Source: Amphiscolops sp. MND2022 (Eukaryota). Taken from it: a stretch of 64,000 bases of DNA. The translations under genes and the position numbers were made by a program. The stretch is from the NCBI GenBank assembly GCA_964187785.1, contig OZ076409.1:71798001-71862000 (forward strand), written 5' to 3'. This document shows, in pieces, positions 56,543-64,000 of this stretch. Each line of letters begins with the position of its first letter. Positions within the stretch are counted from its first letter, which is position 1. A model generated the notes under the pieces. It searched no databases, was not told where the DNA came from, and worked only from the letters and a program-made list of their open reading frames with translations.

Positions 56543-58526
56543 GTGGGCGGGGGTAATTCCCCTTCAAAAAATTCGGCCGGCGGGTTGGGTCCTGCCGGAC
56601 GTCAAATAGTGTGAAACATCCAGTAGGAAACGGCGACATTTATCAGCGATTTTAAAATTGAACCGTTAGAATTTGGACTTGGAGTGCATGCGGGCCCAAA
56701 ATGCCCATACGAATCGAAGTTCCTGCTGACGTTAAGCGATAAAAACACTTTATAAAAAGTTATGGCCCATTTTACGTTCACTTAGAGAGGTAAAATGAGG
56801 AAAATTTTAACAAAGTTGCTGATAACTCAAAATACATTAATTTTTGGACTTTGACTGTGAAACAAGCTTGGAACCTTCATTTCGTGGCTGTGGCATTGCA
56901 CTGAACACAAAAGATGTAAAGTTTTCACATTTTTTGAAAATTCGACATTTTTGAATTTTTTTCACTACTATCAGTACACTATATGTCAAAAACACCTCAG
57001 AAAAAAATTTTTATTTGCTTAAATTTAGAAACCTCGGTATCCATGGTTTCCGTCAGTACCTACTCGCAGCCAAACACTCAACAAATTGCATCCAATGTGA
57101 AAATAAAATTTTTTTCGGGGTCATAAGCGTTTCACAAGGATTTCTCAACTTAGTATTAATTTACAAAATGGTCATTTTGAACACAATATTTTCATCGAGG
57201 CTTGTCGGCTATAGCCTTAATGTTCTAGAACGGTCCCACTGGCAACGTAGGAACCATTTATAGTAATAGAAAGTTTTAAAAAAATTTTTTCATCCGGTCT
57301 TCAGTCATTTTTCAGTCATTCGGAACTTAACTTAGAAAAATTTCGACCAAAATACCCATTTTTTGTCAGGTCGAAAATTCAAATTCAGATTTTTAAGCAA
57401 AATTATTAACTCTGACGTAACCCATGGGGCCCATGATACTCAAAACAACAATTGACACTGGTATCAATGGCTCCAATAACATATGAGTCGCGATAAGACG
57501 TTATTTTGAGCAATACGTCTCAATTGAGGTAAAGATCTCGCAAGCCAGCGATCACTGTGAAATGTGATTTCATCAAAAATTTACTCATTTTTGTCAATCA
57601 CTATGTGCACAGAATGCGTAGGGTGCGTTTCAGCACTATAATGAGGTATTTGAAAGCATCGAGTTGCTCAAGGGGTGGTATGAGACCTTTTTGTCCCATA
57701 TACTTCTGTATTTTCCAAAATTAATTGGCCCAATATCTGGAAATACAAACATGACAAAATACTTTCAACTACTTTATTCAAAGGTTACAATATAGATGAA
57801 CACTGTGGTTGATCAGAAACTTTCATCTCTTTCGTTTTCCGAAATATTTTCCTTCGCATGTGTTACATTTGTAGCAGAAAAAAAATCGATACAGAAAAAT
57901 ACGCTATTTTGCTAATATAGAATCGCAATGATTGTGCCTAAAAACTCTTTAAACACTTCTAACGCGACCTTACGCACCCAAAAAGATCGAAAAAGCTATT
58001 CACAATGGTGACTTGTGCTCTTTCAACGATCCTGACTGAACAATTTTCGCAAATTATTCAAGTACCTGTTAACTGAATCTCGTGATAGCCTTTTAAGTTG
58101 GCCTTGTGTCAACTTGGGAAGGCTATCACATCAAAAAATTTTCAACAAAAATACTTTTTGTTTATTGAAAATGACAGTCGATATATAATTTCGTGATTCT
58201 ATGCTACCGTTAGTACCTTCCATTAAGTCACCTGACGATTGCATTCAGTCTTTGATAAATACCTATGAACTCGAAGTCATATTTATAAATTTTTTGCTAA
58301 AAATAAACATCAAAATTATCCAAATTTATTAAAATTGAGTCTTTACTGTTTTTGTTTTTCTTTTTCTACTGTTATTAGGCCCATCAACTTCCTACAGCCA
58401 CGCTCTCTGTCATACTGTACAACGCCACATAGTGTTGCGACGTGCACGGTCTGTGGGCATGCCGAGGCATGCCCTTCGACGACGTATGCCGAATACCGCG
58501 GGCCTACGCCCGCGCTCCCCGGCTAG
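56543..58526 (+). mobile_element. Unit U21, 1984 bp, 2 kb family, alpha end
   Basis: Near-identical to U10. Confidence 0.6.
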
Positions 58527-61324
58527 GTGGCGGGGGGCTGTCCCCAATAGAATATAGTGAGGTAGGGTAGGGTTCCCTACCGAACATTCAGTACTGAAAG
58601 ACTCTTGTAGTATGAAAATTTTTCGATGTTTTGAGACCGATTTCGGATTCCACCCGTCAGAAGTTTATGATTTTTTGGCCCCCACCCAGATTTTGGGCAC
58701 TGATCGCCCCCCCACCAGGTTCCATACCCGTGGTTTCGTTGTGACGGGTACACGAGCGACCGTTAGGGGTCAATCAGGGGGTAAAATTTATAAAAGTGTG
58801 AATAACTTTTCCCCCCGTCGTTTTAGCAGGTCCGGTCACTAGTAAAGGTTTGTTGGGCATCATGCAGTGGGTACGGGGGGCCAAACAAAAATTTTCTATC
58901 ATGCACCGTTACGGACTTGGCCCCCCGCCCAAACCGCTATTTTACCGGAAATTGCACTTTTTGAACGGGAAGGAGTCGTCTGAGCGCGGAGTCGTTTGGT
59001 AATGTTTTGTAGAGCATCTGAAGACGTGATGGGGGACATGTAGTTTGCCGACCCCAGTTTACCCCTCGGACGGGAAATGACCGTTATGTTAGTTTTAAAA
59101 TTGCCCCCCGTCAACTTTAACCGCTATTTCTGGTGTGAAGGCGTCGGAACAGCGTGTCGGGTGCTATATATCAAAAGTAGCTTTAAACAAGGACCTATCA
59201 GAAACATGTGGTTTGGGACCCTTTGAACGGACCCGTTAGCCGGAAATAGGGTGACCGCCTCCTTTTTTTGGTGTTAAAACCGTAAAACGGGCATTAAAGT
59301 GAAATTATCTCGTGAACGCGTGGAGCAATCGTGTCCATCATTCCTACAAGGTTTCATACCCATGACATGGTGTCTTCAGGGGGGCAAACAGATCAGCGCT
59401 ATCTATCACCGTTACGGACTTTGCCCCCCAGCCTAACCGCTATATTACCGGAAACTGCCCTTTTTGACCGGGAAGGAGTCGTCTGAGAGTGGAGTCGTTA
59501 AGTAATGTTTTGTAGAGCATCTAGAGACGTGTTGGGGGACATGTAGTTTGCCGACCCCTGTTTACCCCTCGGACGGGAAATGACCGTTATGTTAGTTTTA
59601 AAATTGCCCCCCGTCAACTTTAACCGCTATTTCTGGTGTGAAGGAGTCGGAATAGCGTGTCGGGTGCTACATATCAACAGTAGCTTTAAACAAGGACCTA
59701 TCAGAAACATGTGGTTTGGGACCCTTGGAACGGACCCGTTAGCCGGAAATAGGGTGACCGCCCCCTTTTTCTGCGGTTAAAATTGTAAAACGGGCATTGA
59801 AGTGGAATTATCTTGGAAACGCGTGGAGCTATAGTGTCCTTCACTACTACAAGGTTTCATACTCAAGATACGGTGCCTTCAGGGGGGAAAACAGATTACC
59901 GCTATATATCACCGTTACGGACTTGGCCCCCCAGCCTAACCGCTATGTTACCGGAAATGTCATTTTTTGAGCCAAAAGGGTTAGTCCCAGCGTGGGAACG
60001 TCAGGTAACTTTATGTAGAACTCAATGAGACGAGTTGGGGGATATGGTTTCAGTCACCCCCCGTTGACCCGTTAGACCGGAAACGACCGTTATGTAGTGA
60101 AAAATGTAATTTTTATACTTTTTGAAGGCCATTTAGGGCAGGAAGTATCGGTAATATGTCTTTGGACAGTATACAATGAAAGTTTTGGTGTGAAACAAGC
60201 AATCTGAAATATCCGTTATTATGATTCGGAAGTCACACTAACAGCGAAAATGACCGTTATGTAGTGAAAATTTTTTTCACATTTTTTTTGCTTTCGATAG
60301 GTCCTTCAAGCCAAGAAGTAGCTGTATTAGGTCTTTGGCCACTTTATGATGATTGTGGTGTTGTGAGATGACCGTACGAACTTGACCTTTATAATGCCCC
60401 TGAAGTTGCTGCGGCACGAGAAATTTCAGAAAGTTTGTCTTTTCTGTGTTTTGTTGGAATAAACATTTAATTTCATTAAACCAATGTGCATTCAGGGTGT
60501 TTAGAAAGCTTCAAGAAAAGAATTTAATAGGAAACATGGCGGTGAGAAATAACAAATTGCCACGTAAATCCAACCCCCGTTGGGGAATAAATGTAATAAA
60601 TTGTTTTGGAAGTGCCAATCGACGTGTATTTGCGGATCATAGCCACGGTATTGTCTATTCGTGTTTCTTTTTGAAGACTTTGAACATTTTCACTTTATCA
60701 GCTTGAGGTTTTAACTCTATATGCTTAATAACCGTTACAATATGATAGCCCTCAAGTTGACCTTGTGTCAACTTGAAAGGGCTATCCTTTCACAACTGCG
60801 CAGCAACAGTGTGATTGAGTGATTTAGTTATTATCCAAGGCCAATTTGAACTTCAACAAGATTTTAACCACAATATTTAAAACTATTCATATGATTCTTT
60901 CAAAAGGGTAAATATTTACCTAATATTTGACAAAAAACTCCAACCTTTAATTTGTGGACCGAATAGTAGGAAAACCATGTTTCTTAACGTTGTTGGATGA
61001 AATTCAAAATGATGCTTTTAAAAGAATAACAATTCTTGACACTATAAATTTTTTCTATTTTCCAATAAACTATTTTTCCAAAAGTCTATTTTTCCAATAA
61101 ACATTGTTGATTGATGCCCATTCATAGTGACTGGAAAGTTTTACCAACTGTGGTGTTTTTTTTAATCAGAGGTGAAACCGCTCCCTACCGTCGCATAATG
61201 TAATTCAAGCCGACGCCCACATGCCAACATCAACGCCCACCGTCCGTAGGCATGCCGAGGCATGCCTTTCGACGACGTATGCCAAATCACGCCCCTGCGA
61301 GGTCACTAAAGCGGTAGCGGCTAG
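58527..61324 (+). mobile_element. Unit U22, 2798 bp, unrelated and more GC-rich body with 503 bp internal repeats, A hairpin
   Basis: Junction-bounded; shares only the terminal motifs and the A hairpin with the main families. Confidence 0.6.
58840..60100 (+). repeat. 503 bp internal tandem repeat, ~2.4 copies (U22)
   Basis: Anchor accgttacggactt at 58905, 59408 and 59911. Confidence 0.9.
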
Positions 61325-62606
61325 GTGCCGGTGTTTTTCACGACAAAGAAAGTTGCGCGCTTTGGGTAGGGTCCCGGCGCGCTTTTGGGGTTCATTTTAA
61401 CAACCTGATCTCCCGTTGCACGTATGTCCGATTTTCCAAACTATCCTACCAATTTTGCTGAAATTTTGCATGTGGGTCCCTATGGACATTCTAAGAACAA
61501 ATCCCTACTGGCGTTTTGCCCGGAAAATTTTTTTTGTTGACTTATTGACAATTTTAGGTGCCGAAAATGACGTTTTTTCAAAAAAAAATTTTTTAAGAGC
61601 CCATATCTCGCTCCCAGGTGCCCGGAGCGGGTCGCATGTGGACGTTGATATTGCTAGGCACTTCGTAAGGAGTCTGTAGACAAATTTCGGTTCAGATTGG
61701 ATGAAAATTGATTGAGTAATAGCCGCAAATTGGACGCATTTTGTCAAATTTTTTCGAAACCCCAGTCTATCTCTGCCGTTTTTTGCCCAGATTTTTTTCT
61801 AGACCCTCTCCTAAAGGCCTCCCCTGGCCGGATTACCTCCCAGCAAAACCATTTGGCCCTAAATACGAAGTTTCAGCGTTCTAGCATTCTCGGGCGAAAA
61901 GTTGTGGGACTTAGAAAAATTTTTTTGAAAACGCAAAATGTGTTAAGTCAACTTCAGGCCTCCCAACGTCAAGGAACTTCCACACAACTAGTATTGCAAG
62001 TGAATGCATGTGGAAAGTACTCGGATAGACGAGAAAAATGAGCTATTATAAATCTCTGTAGCTTAACCTGACGTTGACTTATGACAATTTTAGTGTGAGC
62101 TTGCTATGTGAGAAAAAAATTCAAAATTGGAAATCGAAGCTAAGTCTCATCCAAAACTCATCGGAACACGTTCAATCCATCCCAGAGCGGTTTAATTCCA
62201 GCTATATAATGCAGCAACACTATTCAAGACCATTTGATCCACTTACATTAGTTTTGACACCGTATTATTCATCCGAGAGCACAAAACAGTTGAGTACATT
62301 CCATCTCCCTTTCGGGGGAGATGAGAATGTACTCGCTAAAGTCCAGGTACTACAGCCCATATTTGTTTTTATGCGACGCTTTTATGGTTTGTATGCTAGT
62401 GCGTACACGTATTAATCTTTTAACATATTTTTTGTCGTCTGCAGTTTGCTTTTGACTTGACATAAACTGAACGTTTTGTCCTTAAAACATACACATTACT
62501 AACGTCAACGCCCCATCCTTGCATCAACGCCCACCGTCCGTGGGCATGCCGAGGCATGCCCTTCGACGACGTATACCAAGATATACATAAGCGCGGTAGC
62601 CGCTAG
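61325..62606 (+). mobile_element. Unit U23, 1282 bp, distinct body, B hairpin
   Basis: Junction-bounded; B hairpin region homologous to U1. Confidence 0.6.
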
Positions 62607-63993
62607 GTGGTTGGGGCGGTCCCCAGAACGCACAAGGAGGCGCGGGGAGGGTCCTGCGCCGACGTAGAATAATTTCATATAATACTAGTATCCTACATGG
62701 GTGTTTTAGAAGCGATTTTGGAATCTAACCGTAGGATTTGGATAATTTTTTGCATGCGGCCACAACTCGAAATTCTAAGAACTTTTTCCTACTGTCATTT
62801 TCCCCGCAAATTGTTTTTTGTTGACTTATGGCCGAAAAACCGGAAATAACGTCCTTTTTAGACGTTATATCCGAAGTGTTGTCATAACTTTTTTCCAGGG
62901 CATGCTAGCGTTCTCCTTCACTTTTACACTTAGTTGCAGCATCTCGAAATACAACTGGTGGAAAATTTTGGTTGCATTCGGATCACCCCCCACCGAGATA
63001 GAAGGGTTCCCCCCTCCAGATTTACCCCCCAAATTTGCAAAAAAGCCAATTTTGAGCATGAAGCCGAGGATTTAGCGTACCCGCACCCTTCTGATGTTTT
63101 GTTGTACGTATTGGGGTCAATCTGACGACATGTGTGGTTTTCACCCCCAACCCCCCCTGGGACCGGAAATGACACTTTTTTGTGTTTTTTGGCAGAATTT
63201 AGCCTTTTTCATTATTAGACAGTCGTTTTAGGGACTCATAGCAGGATATCGAAATTGAAATACAACCTGATCACAACCCAGTGACAACATGTTGGCCACT
63301 TGGATGTACCATCATGACCGGAAGTGGGGTCAACCCCCCTTTTTGTGACCGCTTTTTGACCTTGTGCACCAAAATGCCAACAACTTGAGGCCTAATGACG
63401 CATTCAAATCTGTACAAAGATAGAGTGTTAGACAACTGAAGTCCCGGAAGATCTTTAGCATATACCGGAAGTTACCCCCATGACCGGAAGTTACCCAATG
63501 TGACCGGAAATGGTCCAAAAATTAATGTAAAGTTGAATTTTTCACTATTTCAAGACCACTTCATTGAACATTTTCAATCCCAAAACTAGCGTACTGGCTT
63601 GTTTTGCTGAATTTATGGAAATTGATGAGCTCTATCACCCCCTATAGCCTTTGAAGTTGACCTTGCGTCAACTTTGGAGGCTATCGATACTGAAAATGAA
63701 CAAGAAAGTACATTGTTGCTCTCGGTTTTTTCCCGTTGTTTTTCCTCAAACTTTCTTGAGACATATACATGGCCGTTAGTTGAAATCAATATTTAGCCCA
63801 TGTTATAGCTGGAGCAGTGAAGCGTTACACAGACTAGTGTGGTTTTGAAATTACATTACTTAAATTAACAACTGACCGTCTTAGACAACTCCACACATTC
63901 ATACCAACGCCCACCGTCTGTGGGCATGCCGAGGCATGCCCTTCGACGACGTATGACGAATCCACTCCAACGACACCCGCAGTCCTCAGCTAG
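62607..63993 (+). mobile_element. Unit U24, 1387 bp, distinct body rich in ACCGGAA, A hairpin
   Basis: Junction-bounded; conserved core at ~63886-63993. Confidence 0.6.
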
Positions 63994-64000
63994 GTGGTCG

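Larger units (their letters stand above)
1..64000 (+). repeat. Head-to-tail array of heterogeneous non-coding units joined at the invariant GCTAGGTG (25 junctions, 24 complete units)
   Basis: CTAG of the junction ends at 183, 1459, 3446, 5442, 10205, 14952, 19712, 21707, 23692, 28442, 30425, 35185, 37170, 39159, 41152, 43139, 45146, 47136, 49121, 51110, 56542, 58526, 61324, 62606 and 63993. Each is preceded by the GGCATGCCGAGGCATGCC core. Confidence 0.97.

Noticed and set aside
89..63518. All short ORFs in the supplied track (60-118 aa)
   Set aside because: None resembles a protein family I recognise. They recur only because the DNA is repeated, and they are broken by stops or homopolymer frameshifts between near-identical copies.
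1..64000. CRISPR array or bacterial integron
   Set aside because: The spacers are kilobases long and mutually homologous. There are no cas or intI genes, no cassette ORFs, and no RYYYAAC..GTTRRRY attC architecture at the junctions.
1..64000. Concatenated kinetoplast minicircles or bracovirus proviral segments
   Set aside because: No CSB-3 (GGGGTTGGTGTA) was seen. The AGCT tetramer of bracovirus junctions is present at only some junctions, and the units carry no genes.

Overview
The whole 64 kb window is non-coding and is one head-to-tail array of heterogeneous repeat units, all in the + orientation. I count 25 junctions and 24 complete units, and the array runs off both window edges. Every junction contains the invariant octamer GCTAGGTG. 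Upstream of it lies a conserved ~110 bp end: two C(A/G)ACGCC-like repeats, a 20 bp palindrome RGGCATGCCGAGGCATGCCY that matches a p53-family response element, TCGACGACG, and usually a GC-rich hairpin just before CTAG, as at a Helitron 3' end. Downstream of it lies a covarying stem-loop with a GGG-(T)AGGGT-CC-like core. Unit bodies fall into discrete size classes (~1.28, 1.39, ~1.99, 2.80, ~4.76 and 5.43 kb). Some bodies are unrelated to each other, near-identical units have different neighbours, and every unit carries exactly one of two alternative ~45 nt bulged hairpins. My best reading (inference) is a cassette-like array of non-autonomous mobile elements that insert at their own junction, mobilised in trans by an HUH/Helitron-like or tyrosine-recombinase enzyme. 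The host is probably a eukaryote, possibly an animal, but the sequence alone cannot establish this. No credible protein-coding gene, rRNA, tRNA or CRISPR array was seen. All coordinates were read by eye.
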